Assembly: GCA_963681965.1 (NCBI GenBank)
Contig: OY820579.1
Coordinates: 4,128,001-4,192,000 of the forward strand
DNA: 64,000 nt
DNA from: a bacterium
GTDB lineage: Bacteria; Electryoneota; JAOADG01
Direction: 5' to 3'
The notes beneath the pieces are model-generated. The model was not told the origin of the DNA. It made no database searches and worked only from the letters and a program-made list of their open reading frames with translations. Below, one piece after another: positions 37,101 through 46,897 of the stretch. Numbering within the stretch: the stretch's first letter is position 1; each line of letters opens with the position of its first letter. Both the position numbers and the translations under genes were made by a program.

Positions 37101-38167
37101 TGGCATTGGAGTATATACAAAAATGTCACGACATGCAGTTGAAGATATATGGCGATCTGCATCCCGATATGATCACCACTTTCAACAATCTCTCCGCAAT
37201 ATACATCGATAAGGCACAATACGATCAAGCGTTGGAGTATCTACATACCGCTTTGAAGATTCAGATAACCCATCGCGGTGAACTCCATCCACAGGCAGCG
37301 ATTTGTTATTTCAATATCGGCGTGGTTCATCAAGATCTCGGTAAATACGATCTGGCACTGGTGTGCTATCAGAAGGGGCTGGACATTCAACTGGCGCTGC
37401 TTGGCGAGACTCATGCCGATGTCGCCGACACTTATCGCCAGATCGCAATTGTCTACAATTCGATCGGCGATTACGATCGCTCGCAGGAGTATTGTCAAAA
37501 GAATTACCAGATTAAACAACTCGTATTCGGTGAAAACCACCCCTTCACCGCATCTGCGCTCAACAATATCGGTGTGAATTATCGCTGTAAGGGTGAGAAC
37601 GATCTGGCACTGGAATATTACACCAGGGTTTTAAAGATTCAACTAGCTACGATTGGCGAGAATACTACTTCTACTGCCAACACATTCACCAATTTGGGAA
37701 TCGTTAATACCGAGAAGAAGGAGTACGATAAGGCATTGGAGTATCTCCAAAAATCGTTGGATATCAAGCATGAATTGTTGGGTGACCGGCATCCCGATTT
37801 GGCGTCGTGTTACAACAATATTGGCTCGGTATACAACAAGATGGGAATGCATGACCAAGCATTGGAATATTTCCAGACCGGATTGAAACTTCGATTGGAG
37901 GCTTATGGCGAAAACCACCCGGATAATGCGATGAGTTACCACAATATCGGTAACGTATACGCAGAGATCGAACAATTCGAATTGGCAGTGGAGAATTTGG
38001 AGCGTGCGCTTGCGATCAGAATCGAACATCATCTTGAACATCATCCGCACACGATCGAGAATCTGAATAATCTTGCTGAAGCCTATCAGCGGCTGGGAAA
38101 TCTCGAGCAGTCGGCGGCTTATCGCGCTCGCGCCGATGAATTCACCGCCGCAAATCGCGATGGTTAG
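34166..38167 (+). CDS. Tandem class III nucleotidyl cyclase domains, STAND-type NTPase and TPR array (soluble adenylyl cyclase-like)
   Basis: IDISGFT and FAGDA (C1); GDKG and EYTVLG.SVNLAARFM (C2); GEPGQGKS and LEDLHWID; GNP; many ~42-aa HP..A..Y.NIG TPR repeats. Start ATG 34166 assumed. Confidence 0.92.
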   Translation: MRHLLPAFIANANQREQYHGSFHGYAAMIDISGFTALTQALMQHGVEGAEVLSGAINQIFTPTIAAIHQHGGFVSSFAGDAITALFPSRSVSANRLLSAAIAIRDQFERHGNISTKFGAFNLAVHIGIGFGKIQWDILPCQPQHLYWFSGDAIQQCSASEHLAGVNEIVCDASTVTNHTNRREVSAKKIASGYYRIESIRSASEPKLISPQRIAQAHFIPKSIRTQTNAGEFREVVSCFINLQPGKSVRSDIATIAALCHQFGGYLNKVDYGDKGWVVLVVFGAPIAHEKIAHRASYFAVALKTHIGNHIRIGLSMGTAFAGFTGAAARGEYTVLGMSVNLAARFMMAAEWGEVLLDSQLSHHLRQRCVMTALANRSFKGFSDPIPVHRLERKGVQHTARHGFSGQLIGRDSELEKLREWCTPIFTNKYAGIGYIYGEPGQGKSRLIWEFEQLIADRARIITLPCDGILQQPLNPFAYWIRQLVSIDDSPATAGKLEQFHQYWKQFIAEFATSEAHHNELQRIESLIAAIIGLEWEGSIYTVLAPKDRPAAIRMALKELVVTLAHKQPLILILEDLHWIDSVSIEVFRYLLRAITDLPLAVIVTSRYRDDGSKPILTADDDVPRQELDLNQLDKKQVATLLEDVLQAAPDNDLVTFIFAKAHGNPFASEQLAYYLQERNSIHLRVERAILTSVAAGMPSDLQGVLIARLDRLEAQLKAIVQTASVLGREFAVIVLEKMLNSLGRKRTRSQSEGLLIPQLEAGEQKRVWNALEEYRYIFNHSLLRDAAYQMQLKKHLKHIHQIAAETLVALYPDDKSFTAEIANHFDLAEQWEQAVEFYLKAGDYEKEGFHFQLALSNYQRAMTISLNQNWNVTPTTAQLHYKIGLTHQDKGEYALAMTLYEQMLQIHLALYGEHHEKIADVYQAFGYIYWITGEYDRSLEIFLKALQIRLDTQGDSHPNVALLYGNIGLIYAYKKSTDLALEYIQKCHDMQLKIYGDLHPDMITTFNNLSAIYIDKAQYDQALEYLHTALKIQITHRGELHPQAAICYFNIGVVHQDLGKYDLALVCYQKGLDIQLALLGETHADVADTYRQIAIVYNSIGDYDRSQEYCQKNYQIKQLVFGENHPFTASALNNIGVNYRCKGENDLALEYYTRVLKIQLATIGENTTSTANTFTNLGIVNTEKKEYDKALEYLQKSLDIKHELLGDRHPDLASCYNNIGSVYNKMGMHDQALEYFQTGLKLRLEAYGENHPDNAMSYHNIGNVYAEIEQFELAVENLERALAIRIEHHLEHHPHTIENLNNLAEAYQRLGNLEQSAAYRARADEFTAANRDG

Positions 38168-38186
38168 CATCTCATATAATATTTAA

Positions 38187-38438
38187 GTAGCGGCGGACTT
38201 TAGTCCGCGTATTTGTCTTGCATCTTGAAGTAGGGGCGGGCTCCCGTGCCCGCCCGATCTTGTATCTTTTATTTATCATGTATCCTGAGTAGGGGGACAT
38301 CCTCGCATGCTCCCCGTTCTTGTTTCTGAATTGTCAATCATCTGAAAAATTAAAAATGCCCAATCGGAGTTGGGCAGTACTACAAGTTAATGACACAAAC
38401 GTAGATCGCCACAGCCCCTGCGGGGCTTCGCGACGACA
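38187..38438. repeat. REP-like hairpin cluster
   Basis: GTAG feet at 38187, 38230 and 38289; inverted TGCCCAATCGGAGTTGGGCAGTACTAC at 38357-38383; AGCCCCTGCGGGGCT hairpin at about 38413. Confidence 0.85.
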
Positions 38439-38519
38439 AATCAAGATAAAAAAACGGCAGCAATCAATCATTCAATGATACCGATTTAATGCTCTCTGTT
38501 AAATCTACATGGTATACAT

Positions 38520-38548
38520 AAAAAAAGCCGGACAGAAATGCCCGGCTT
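38520..38548 (-). terminator. Intrinsic terminator after nadB
   Basis: A7-GCCGGACA-gaaa-TGCCCGGC, giving a hairpin plus U tract on the minus strand. Confidence 0.65.
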
Positions 38549-38572
38549 ATAACTGCTGTTGGAAATAAATCA

Positions 38573-40198
38573 TTACCACCGATTCGCCAACTCCAGTACG
38601 CCGCGATCAAGCATCGTGTCCTTCGGTTCGTCTTCGGACAGTTTCGGGTAGTCGGTGCGATAGTGCAAACCGCGGCTCTCGTGGCGACGCGTCGCACATT
38701 CGATCACCAGCAGCGAAACCAATGCAATATTCCGCAATTCGAGCAGCGGTAACGTTACCGTCGTACGTTTCCAGTAATCGCGAATCTCTTCCCGGATCAA
38801 ACTGATACGCCGCCGTGCGCGATCGAGACGCGGACCGCTTTTCACAATTCCGACATAGTGCGTCATCAATTCGCAAATCTCTTCGCGATCATGTGAAATC
38901 AGAATCCACTCTTCCGGATCGGTGGTTCCGTGTGCATCCCACTGCGGTACAACACCGCTCCAACCGAATTCTTTGACAGTCGGAATCGCATCGGCAGCGG
39001 CAGTATGCGAGAACACCAGCGCTTCGAGCAACGAATTCGAGGCAAGTCGATTCGCGCCGTGTACACCTGTCATTGCCACTTCGCCGATCGCATACAGCGC
39101 GGCAATATTGGTTTTCCCCTTCAGATCGGTCACGACACCGCCGCACATGTAGTGTGCCGACGGCACGACTGGTACCGGTTCGCGGGTAATATCGATGCCA
39201 TAGGTAAGTAGCGTATTGTAGATGTAGGGAAACCGCTCGCGCGTTTCCGGAGCCGGCATGTGCGTAACATCGAGCAGGACGTAATCGTCGCCGCGCGTCT
39301 TCAATTCGGCGTCGATAGCGCGCGCTACGATGTCGCGCGTTGCCAGTTCGCCATCGGGATGATAGCGTTGCATGAACCGCTCGCCGGCGCGATTGAGCAG
39401 TCTCGCACCGTAGCCGCGAACCGCTTCGCTGATCAGAAATGCCGGTACGTCTTTATGAGTATGGAAAGTTGTCGGATGGAATTGCATGAATTCGAGATTG
39501 CCCAATCCGGCACCGGCACGTGCCGCCGCCGCGATCCCATCGCCGGTCGCAATCGTCGGATTGGTCGTGTGACTCCACGCTTGTCCGCAACCACCGGTCG
39601 CAAGCACCGTGATCCGCGCCGTGAATGTCTCAACCAACCCTTTTTCGGTATCGAGCACATACGCGCCGAAGCAGCGCGACTGTTCGCCACTCCACCCTTC
39701 GACTTGGTGTTCGGTAATCAATTCCACCAGTGCGTGATGTTGATGCAATTCGATATTCGGATGGCTTTTGATCCGATCGATCAGCGCACGTTCCACTTCC
39801 TGTCCGGTGAAATCGGCACGATGCACGATCCGGTGCGTGCGGTGTCCCCCTTCGCGATGCAGCTCGAACACCATCTTGCCGTCGTGAAATTCCATCGTGA
39901 ATTCGGCGCCCCATTGCCGGAGTTGCTCGATCCGCGCGGGTCCTTCGTGAACCAGCAATTCGACCGCGTCGCGATGGCAGAGCCCGGCACCCGATTTCAA
40001 TGTGTCGTCGATGTGCCATTCGATCCGGTCTTTCCGGTCGATGACTGCCGCAATTCCGCCCTGCGCGTAGTTCGTGTTCGATTCCGTGTCGCTTTTCTTG
40101 GTAATAATTGCCACACTTCCATAGTCGGCGACTTCGAGGGCAAATGACAGACCCGCGATACCGCTACCGATGACAAGAAAATCGAACTCACTTCGCAT
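38573..40198 (-). CDS. nadB: L-aspartate oxidase
   Basis: GSGIAGL, NTNYAQGGIA, REGGH...RIVH..D.TG, QFHPT, SEAVRG, HYMCGG, HGANRLASNSLLE, ESRGLH. Confidence 0.96.
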   Translation of the reverse strand: MRSEFDFLVIGSGIAGLSFALEVADYGSVAIITKKSDTESNTNYAQGGIAAVIDRKDRIEWHIDDTLKSGAGLCHRDAVELLVHEGPARIEQLRQWGAEFTMEFHDGKMVFELHREGGHRTHRIVHRADFTGQEVERALIDRIKSHPNIELHQHHALVELITEHQVEGWSGEQSRCFGAYVLDTEKGLVETFTARITVLATGGCGQAWSHTTNPTIATGDGIAAAARAGAGLGNLEFMQFHPTTFHTHKDVPAFLISEAVRGYGARLLNRAGERFMQRYHPDGELATRDIVARAIDAELKTRGDDYVLLDVTHMPAPETRERFPYIYNTLLTYGIDITREPVPVVPSAHYMCGGVVTDLKGKTNIAALYAIGEVAMTGVHGANRLASNSLLEALVFSHTAAADAIPTVKEFGWSGVVPQWDAHGTTDPEEWILISHDREEICELMTHYVGIVKSGPRLDRARRRISLIREEIRDYWKRTTVTLPLLELRNIALVSLLVIECATRRHESRGLHYRTDYPKLSEDEPKDTMLDRGVLELANRW

Positions 40199-40273
40199 AC
40201 TTCACCGTATTATTGAATTCACTTGAGAAAAGGTAACACCGATTCGCGAAACCACCAACCGAAAATCCACCGA

Positions 40274-41440
40274 TTACAAGTGATTTTCTTTGGCTAGCGG
40301 TAATTCCAATCGGAATGTCGTACCCGCGCGGCTGGTAGCACTTACAGCCAGTGTGCCGTGGTGTTCTTCTTCGACAATGCGTTTGGCGAGCGACAGACCG
40401 ACGCCCCACCCTTTGTTTTTGGTGGAAAAACCAGCACGAAACGCGTTGCGCCGCTCTTTCTTCGTCATCCCCTTGCCGTTGTCCGTGACTAGAACAATGC
40501 CGCGATTCCGTTCCGACGTCACCGCTACGACAATCAAACCATCGCCGCGATCAATTGCCTCGGCGGCATTCCGCAACAAATTCTCCAACACCCAGTCGAT
40601 CAATTCGGGACGCATTGTCACCATCACCGGATCGCCGGCTGTACATTCAACCGTGATATTCCGCGCCTTCTGCGGCAATCGCTTCCGCATGTAATCGACG
40701 GCATCGCGCACCGTCGCCGAAAGATCGGCAACGATCAATTTCTGATCTTTACCGATTGCCGAGAATCGCGCGAGTACATTGCGTAGCCGTTGAATATCGT
40801 TGTCCATTTCGCGCAACGCCGGTTCTTCTGGATAGTGCGACTGCAACAGTTCCAACCAACCCATCAAACCACTGACCGGAGTGCCGAATTGATGCGCAGT
40901 CTCGCGCGCAATCCCAATCCACATTGCGCGTTCTTCCGCGGCACGTACCGAACTAAATCCGGTATAGCCGATAAATACCAGCATAATCGCGGCACAAATA
41001 CCGAGCCAGGTCATGATCCGCAACTGCCGGATCAGCGTTTCGTCGTGGTAATGGAAGTAGTGGATGTTCGAGCCGAATTCCAACGGAATCGGGCGATTCC
41101 CCTCGGCATCGAAATCTTTGATGAATTGTTTTAATTTCGCAATCGCGATTTCGGAATGATTGTCGGAAGCGATCGGCATATTTTTCCAGAAGAGCGGTTC
41201 CCCATGTTCATCGGCGAGGATCAGCGGGAAATCGATCTTCTGGATGACTTGCAGTGCGGGTGTCGGATCTTCCGCTTTCAGTAATTCGCTGTACCGTTCG
41301 ACGGTCACCGTCAGGTGACGACGGGTCGTATCGCGAATCTGATCGACCAGCCGAAATGAAAACATCAGCACTGCCGCGATCAGGATCAATCCTGCCGCAA
41401 ACAGACCTGTCTTCAAATTGGCTGGTGCTGGGTATTTCAT
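40274..41440 (-). CDS. Membrane sensor histidine kinase (Bacteroidetes-like, possible PorY homologue)
   Basis: Two TM segments, ARETAHQFGTP H-box, ENLLRNA, DNGKG, GFSTK..GWGVGL. Confidence 0.9.
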   Translation of the reverse strand: MKYPAPANLKTGLFAAGLILIAAVLMFSFRLVDQIRDTTRRHLTVTVERYSELLKAEDPTPALQVIQKIDFPLILADEHGEPLFWKNMPIASDNHSEIAIAKLKQFIKDFDAEGNRPIPLEFGSNIHYFHYHDETLIRQLRIMTWLGICAAIMLVFIGYTGFSSVRAAEERAMWIGIARETAHQFGTPVSGLMGWLELLQSHYPEEPALREMDNDIQRLRNVLARFSAIGKDQKLIVADLSATVRDAVDYMRKRLPQKARNITVECTAGDPVMVTMRPELIDWVLENLLRNAAEAIDRGDGLIVVAVTSERNRGIVLVTDNGKGMTKKERRNAFRAGFSTKNKGWGVGLSLAKRIVEEEHHGTLAVSATSRAGTTFRLELPLAKENHL

Positions 41441-41490
41441 GCACACTCACTGCAAATGTTCACCGGGAAATTACTCCCGGTGAGATCTCG

Positions 41491-44004
41491 TTACACATTC
41501 ACTTCTTCACTGCGATTGCGGCGATTGAACCACCAGCCGCCGGCGATGATCAACAACGCGACCACAAACGATACCAGCGAGAGCCACAGCCCTTTCTTGA
41601 ACTGTTGGTCTGCCGTATAGACCCATTCAACCGTCGCTTTCCCGGCAGGCACTGCGACGCCGCGCATCACCGCATTCACCGTTAGAGGATCGGCAGGTTG
41701 TCCATTGACATTCACTTTCCAGAATGGTGCCGACACTTCCGCCAACACCAATACTCCCGGCGTTGCCCGATTCGTGGTAATTTCAATCCGATCCGGTGAA
41801 TATTTCGTCACGGATGCCGACGCCAGCGAATCGTATGAATGTGCCGGAGCCGTCTTTTCGACGTAGGTTACATCGTCACCATGCCAACTGCTCTCGCGCA
41901 TCTTCTCTTGCGCGGCTTCTTGATCCGCTACCGATTCGACGCGCCGCGCAAAGTACGCTCGCGGCAAGGCGCCTTTTAATTCATAGAGGTAGCCGGTCTC
42001 GTCGCGTGCCACTTCGCGGAAATACGGTGTCAGTAGGAACCGATCAATTTGATAGGCACGCTGATTGATTTCGCGCCACTGATTCATCGGTGCGACTTTC
42101 AACATTGTGAGTGAATCGAGCACCGGTTGTTCGGTTGCGAAGTAGCGCACGTTCAGCGCTCGCAATACATTCGGATTCAGCAACACTTCGGATTTGACGA
42201 ATTTGTCCCAATTCGCCAATTTAACGCCGCTGTAACCGCGCACGTTCTGCAAACCGAATGCCGACCACCAATTGATTGCGCGATTACGTTGCATTTCGGT
42301 CGGTGCTACCCGGAACAGTCCCGGCTGTTGCTTCATGAACTTCACACGACCGGTTTCAGCAAAGTAATTGTCCCATTCCGAGGCATCGACGAAATTGACC
42401 AATGGACGGGCATTGTTGTTGATGATCGGGAGGAATTCGATCGCGACACCGACAATCAATGCCGCAATCAATACCGGTGGTTTGATCGTTTCCTTCACGA
42501 TGAAGTAGAGCAATGCGCAAATAGCCGCGAGAATCAAGAATGCCCGGACACCGCCACCGAATGCGACACTCCACATATCCTCAGCGGCTTGATTGAATTG
42601 TTCGGCGGGCACATTCGGATTCATCGACATGCCGTGTTGCACATAAGACGCCTTCATGCCGGTCGACATCATTGCCGAAAGCAGGAAGAATGCGATCAGC
42701 AGTACCGCACCACCGATCATCACTTTCTTGAATAGTGCCACCTGTTTCTCACTCGAGTTGAGAGCGATCCGGAATACTTCGCCGTAACCGCGCGCCGCCA
42801 GTACAATCATTCCGAGTTGAGTTAATATCAATATCAACGACGGTACCCGGAACTTCTTGAACATCGGAATGAAATCGAAGAACAATTTGTACAGGATCGG
42901 AGCGAATTTACCCCATGACACCATCCATGCTACCACTGCGAGAATCAGCAGCATCCAAGTGACACGATCGCGTTTCAGCGAGATCGCGAGGATCGCACCG
43001 ATCAATGCGACAATACCGAACGTGAGCGGCATATCGGTAAACGGCATATAGCCCCAATACGTGGCACCACCGGAACCGAAGAATGTCGACCAGAGGAACG
43101 TGATCGATTCCATCGGATGGAACGACCAGCCCGTCGCATATTCCCAATCGACGCCACCGCCGGTCGCGCCGCGACTCGATGCCGACGTGAAATCCAAGAC
43201 CGGCAACACCAGCACGAGACTGATACCGACACCGATTGCGACGGCAAGAACAATCTTCCCGACTTTCAATGCCCCTTCGGGAATCTTCTTGTCGCGAATC
43301 GCACAGATCAGTTCCCAGATTCCCATCCAACCGACCAGCATAAACCCGTAATAGGAGAGTTGCGTGTGCAACGACAGCACCGACAAACCGCAGATGATCG
43401 CGAGAATGCCGACATGATGCCACCCTTTGTATTTGGTGACCCGCATCGTGCCCCAGAGCATCCACGGAATCACCGCCGACGACATCAGCTTCGAACCGTG
43501 TCCGACATCGGGCAGCACAATCAGAGCTGGTAACCACAACCAGACCAATCCCGAAACAAAACCGAGACCGCGATTCTCACCCATCTCCCGAACGACATAA
43601 TACACACCGACTGCGCCAATCAGCAGATAGAAATAAATCACTGCCGCTTCACCGCCGAACAGAAAACCGATCGGTTTCACCAGATACCAGATCGGATTCA
43701 CAAACAGACCGTAATGGTATGCAGCAAACAGCGGCATTCCGCAGAAGATGTACGGATTCCAGAGCGGTAGCGCGCTGTCTTTCAACACCATTTCGGTGGC
43801 ACGCGACAACGATGATGCGGCAATCGAGTCCGGCGAAAGACTGGTCTTCATTCCCAAAAAGAACAGCGGGTAGAACAGTACCACCATTGCGGCGTAAAAG
43901 CCGATAATGGCGATTGCATCCAGTTTCCACCCTTCCCAAGCGAATCCCGGTTTCGATTCGCTGGTGGTGTGGGTTGTCGTATTCGGTTTCTTCGGTTTGG
44001 ACAT
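41491..44004 (-). CDS. YfhO-family polytopic membrane protein (GT-C-like)
   Basis: PLWNPY.F.GMP, GH..K, FRVP, LPRAYF, W...VNG...GV.VPAG; many TM segments. GAGG RBS before ATG 44004. Confidence 0.85.
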   Translation of the reverse strand: MSKPKKPNTTTHTTSESKPGFAWEGWKLDAIAIIGFYAAMVVLFYPLFFLGMKTSLSPDSIAASSLSRATEMVLKDSALPLWNPYIFCGMPLFAAYHYGLFVNPIWYLVKPIGFLFGGEAAVIYFYLLIGAVGVYYVVREMGENRGLGFVSGLVWLWLPALIVLPDVGHGSKLMSSAVIPWMLWGTMRVTKYKGWHHVGILAIICGLSVLSLHTQLSYYGFMLVGWMGIWELICAIRDKKIPEGALKVGKIVLAVAIGVGISLVLVLPVLDFTSASSRGATGGGVDWEYATGWSFHPMESITFLWSTFFGSGGATYWGYMPFTDMPLTFGIVALIGAILAISLKRDRVTWMLLILAVVAWMVSWGKFAPILYKLFFDFIPMFKKFRVPSLILILTQLGMIVLAARGYGEVFRIALNSSEKQVALFKKVMIGGAVLLIAFFLLSAMMSTGMKASYVQHGMSMNPNVPAEQFNQAAEDMWSVAFGGGVRAFLILAAICALLYFIVKETIKPPVLIAALIVGVAIEFLPIINNNARPLVNFVDASEWDNYFAETGRVKFMKQQPGLFRVAPTEMQRNRAINWWSAFGLQNVRGYSGVKLANWDKFVKSEVLLNPNVLRALNVRYFATEQPVLDSLTMLKVAPMNQWREINQRAYQIDRFLLTPYFREVARDETGYLYELKGALPRAYFARRVESVADQEAAQEKMRESSWHGDDVTYVEKTAPAHSYDSLASASVTKYSPDRIEITTNRATPGVLVLAEVSAPFWKVNVNGQPADPLTVNAVMRGVAVPAGKATVEWVYTADQQFKKGLWLSLVSFVVALLIIAGGWWFNRRNRSEEVNV

Positions 44005-44071
44005 CGGTGCCTCAAGATTTTGAATAAAAGTCAATTAAATAGTATCAATTGAGAATAGGTTGTTGTCGATA

Positions 44072-44181
44072 GTAGGGGTGGCTCCCCGCGGCCGCCCGCA
44101 GGTCATTGTAGGTACAGACACTCCTGTCTGTACACGTCCGCCGTAAGGCGGACACCGAATCAAGACAACTTATTTTCAAGA
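44072..44181. repeat. REP-like hairpin plus ~70-bp composite element
   Basis: GTAGGGGTGGCTCCCCGCGGCCGCCC at 44072; GTAGGTACAGACACTCCTGTCTGTAC followed by GTCCGCCGTAAGGCGGAC from 44108. Confidence 0.85.
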
Positions 44182-44310
44182 ACTACCATAATAAATTCCA
44201 AGATAGTTGTTCAGGGCGCGGATCGAAAATAATAATCGTTCTCATTCGAATTCTTTACCGTCTGATCGTTGGTTCGCACAATTCCTGTTCGCCGCATTAC
44301 AACTCGACGG

Positions 44311-45084
44311 TTATGAACAGAAATGATGCTCAAGTAACCATTGGTATGAAGATTCGAGATAATTTTCTTTCGCTTCCACTGCCCAATATGCATCGGGAGC
44401 ATGTTTCAATAACGCTTCGCAAACTTCCTGAAACGGGATTGTACCCATACCGAAACCCAGATGTTCGTCGGCGAGACCGTGATTGTCGTGCATGTGCACG
44501 TATCCGATGCGCGGACCTAGTTGTTCGATCCATTCGAAGATCGGGTACTTCGATGCAAAATTGACATGACCGATATCGAGATTGATCTTCACATTCGGAC
44601 GATCGATCGCATCGACCGTATCCATCAGTATCCGGTACTCGCGATCGAACAGATTCTCGATATAAAACCGGATCGCATTATCTTTCCCTTCCAGAAACGA
44701 GTGCCAGAATGCGGTAGATCGTTTGACCCAATTCGCCGGGTTACTGGTTAGTGGAACATACCCATGATGAAAAATGATGTGTTTCGCATCTAGTTGCAAA
44801 GCGTCGCGGTAACTTTGTTCAAATCGCTGCCGCGCAACTTCTCGAACCAGTGGATCGAAACTGCCGGGACAGAGATCGCCGAAACAACCGTGTAGCGAAA
44901 TCAAATCGATTCCCGCAATGGCTTGTCGATGCCGTGAAATCGCGTCCGGTTCATGGTCGATAAATAGTGGATCGAAAAACGCCTGAATTTCGATACCGGT
45001 ATGAAACCGCTTGCAAAGCGGGACAACCTGCTCGACCAATCCGTTATCGCAAATTATCGGCTTTACCACACTATCCTCGCTCAT
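44311..45084 (-). CDS. Sugar phosphate isomerase/epimerase (AP endonuclease 2-type TIM barrel)
   Basis: SLHG.F.DL, FHHG, IEN, LDIGH, HMHDN.G..DEH...G.G.I.F. Confidence 0.85.
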   Translation of the reverse strand: MSEDSVVKPIICDNGLVEQVVPLCKRFHTGIEIQAFFDPLFIDHEPDAISRHRQAIAGIDLISLHGCFGDLCPGSFDPLVREVARQRFEQSYRDALQLDAKHIIFHHGYVPLTSNPANWVKRSTAFWHSFLEGKDNAIRFYIENLFDREYRILMDTVDAIDRPNVKINLDIGHVNFASKYPIFEWIEQLGPRIGYVHMHDNHGLADEHLGFGMGTIPFQEVCEALLKHAPDAYWAVEAKENYLESSYQWLLEHHFCS

Positions 45085-45132
45085 CGGAGAATTCTTCACA
45101 GCAACTACTGGCAATAGTCGTCTATTGTTGGA

Positions 45133-45897
45133 TTAAGTTTTTTTCGTACCGAGCATCTGCGTCAAATGCATCACAATTTCCGATGCTTCGCCACGGAACA
45201 ATAACCAGGTTCCGTCTGCCGCAATCGATACTTTCCCGGTCTCTTCGGAAACCACCAACACCACGGCGTCGGTTTCCTGCGATGCTGCGAACGCCGCCCG
45301 GTGCCGCATTCCCAACGGTTGATCCGAACTCACCTGAACCGGCAATACGCAGCGTGCTGCGATCATATATTCACCGTCGATAACCACTGCTCCATCGTGC
45401 AACGGTGTTCCCGGCGCAAACAGATTGACGAGCAACTCTGAACTGATTGCGGCATTGATCGTGACACCCGTCTCGATATAATGCGAAACACTGTTCCGGC
45501 GGTGCAGCACCATGATTGCGCCCCAGCGCCGATTCGACAAATCGGTACAGGCACGCGCGAGAATGTCCGGCAGATTCGGATCGACATGACGACGCGACCA
45601 CGGTGTGCGACCCAGATCGCTCAGCGCGCGCCGAAGTTCCGGTTGGAACAGAATGACGAATGCCACCGCCCAAACCGCCGAAAGCGACTCCAGTATCCAC
45701 GAGAGTGCCCGTAAATTCAGCAATCGTGCCAGCATCCCGAATGCGAGCAGCAACAACAGACCAATCCACATGCGCGAAGCACGGGTCGTGCGGGTGAGTC
45801 GCCAGAGATAGAAGAAGACTGTTGCGACCAGTAGGATGTCGATCACATCGACAATCCGGATCGTGGCAAAGCCCAATTTTAGTAAATCAAGATTCAT
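45133..45897 (-). CDS. cdaA: Membrane diadenylate cyclase CdaA
   Basis: Three TM segments, ILFQPELRR.L, PLHDGA, G.RHRAA, VSEETG. Start ATG 45897 overlaps the tsaB stop (ATGA). Confidence 0.93.
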   Translation of the reverse strand: MNLDLLKLGFATIRIVDVIDILLVATVFFYLWRLTRTTRASRMWIGLLLLLAFGMLARLLNLRALSWILESLSAVWAVAFVILFQPELRRALSDLGRTPWSRRHVDPNLPDILARACTDLSNRRWGAIMVLHRRNSVSHYIETGVTINAAISSELLVNLFAPGTPLHDGAVVIDGEYMIAARCVLPVQVSSDQPLGMRHRAAFAASQETDAVVLVVSEETGKVSIAADGTWLLFRGEASEIVMHLTQMLGTKKT

Positions 45898-46463
45898 ATT
45901 GCCGGATCCTTCCGGGAATATTGATCGTAATATTGCGGTAACGTTTGCGAATGCTCGGTTTCCGACACGATTTTCACCAGTGCGCGGAGATATTGTTCGA
46001 AATCGGGTACGCTGCACTGGATCTGTTCATCGGCGCCGTACTTCAACGGATCGAGGCAGGGAAAACCGAATACCGGTTCGGTTAATTCGCAAAGCGGATG
46101 AATTTCAATTCGATCGTTTACATGGTGAACCAGTACTTCCCCGCTGCGCGATGCTGCCACCAGCAACGCTCCTGCTGGAGAAATTGCTGCAAGAATCTGC
46201 CACACCGTGATTCCCGACCACGGTATCGATTTTGCCGTCGCCAGTCCTTGTGCGAATGCGACGCCTACTCGAGTGCCGGTATACGAACCCGGTCCGATAT
46301 CGACACCGATCCGATCGAATCCTTTTGCGATAAACGGCGCAATCAATTCACGCAACTGTTCACCGGTGTTATGTGAGGAGAATTCGTGCCACTCGAACTG
46401 GTTGCCGTTACTCCAAGCCACGCCACAGCGCGCCTGCGAGGTGGAAATTGCGAGTGTTCTCAC
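45894..46463 (-). CDS. tsaB: tRNA t6A biosynthesis protein TsaB (short, divergent)
   Basis: LAI.TS start, IGVDIGPGSYTG.RVG...AQGLA. GTG 46463 overlaps the tsaE stop. Confidence 0.88.
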   Translation of the reverse strand: MRTLAISTSQARCGVAWSNGNQFEWHEFSSHNTGEQLRELIAPFIAKGFDRIGVDIGPGSYTGTRVGVAFAQGLATAKSIPWSGITVWQILAAISPAGALLVAASRSGEVLVHHVNDRIEIHPLCELTEPVFGFPCLDPLKYGADEQIQCSVPDFEQYLRALVKIVSETEHSQTLPQYYDQYSRKDPAI

Positions 46464-46897
46464 CAACCCCTCCCAAACGTCACGACGCGACGATCGTCGA
46501 TTATTTCGAATTGAAGATGTTTCGCCGTAGCCGGTAACCGGCTCGGAAAGCGATCTGCCCACTCCAATGCGATAAAGGGATTCTGATCCACGAATTCATC
46601 CCATCCGATGGAATCCAATTCCGATTCGTGTTCCAACCGATACCAGTCGCAATGCACCAATGATTGAGTTCCGGTATACGTCTGAATGATCGCGAAGGTC
46701 GGCGAACTCACGCTGTCGACACAACCCAATCCAGCCGCCAATCCGCGCACGAAAGTTGTTTTTCCGGCACCGAGATCGCCATGCAATGCGAGAAACCAAT
46801 GTCCCCGCAACTGTTCGGCGCAAAGCATGCCAAACTGTATCGTCGCAGTTTCCGAGGGAAGGTCGATTTGCTCGCCGGTGCGTAAAACGATGTTCAT
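46460..46897 (-). CDS. tsaE: tRNA t6A biosynthesis ATPase TsaE
   Basis: GDLGAGKTTF, VSSPTF, H.D.YRL, EW. Confidence 0.96.
   Translation of the reverse strand: MNIVLRTGEQIDLPSETATIQFGMLCAEQLRGHWFLALHGDLGAGKTTFVRGLAAGLGCVDSVSSPTFAIIQTYTGTQSLVHCDWYRLEHESELDSIGWDEFVDQNPFIALEWADRFPSRLPATAKHLQFEIIDDRRVVTFGRGW

Noticed and set aside
39260-40147. 295-aa plus-strand ORF
   Set aside because: Antisense to nadB.
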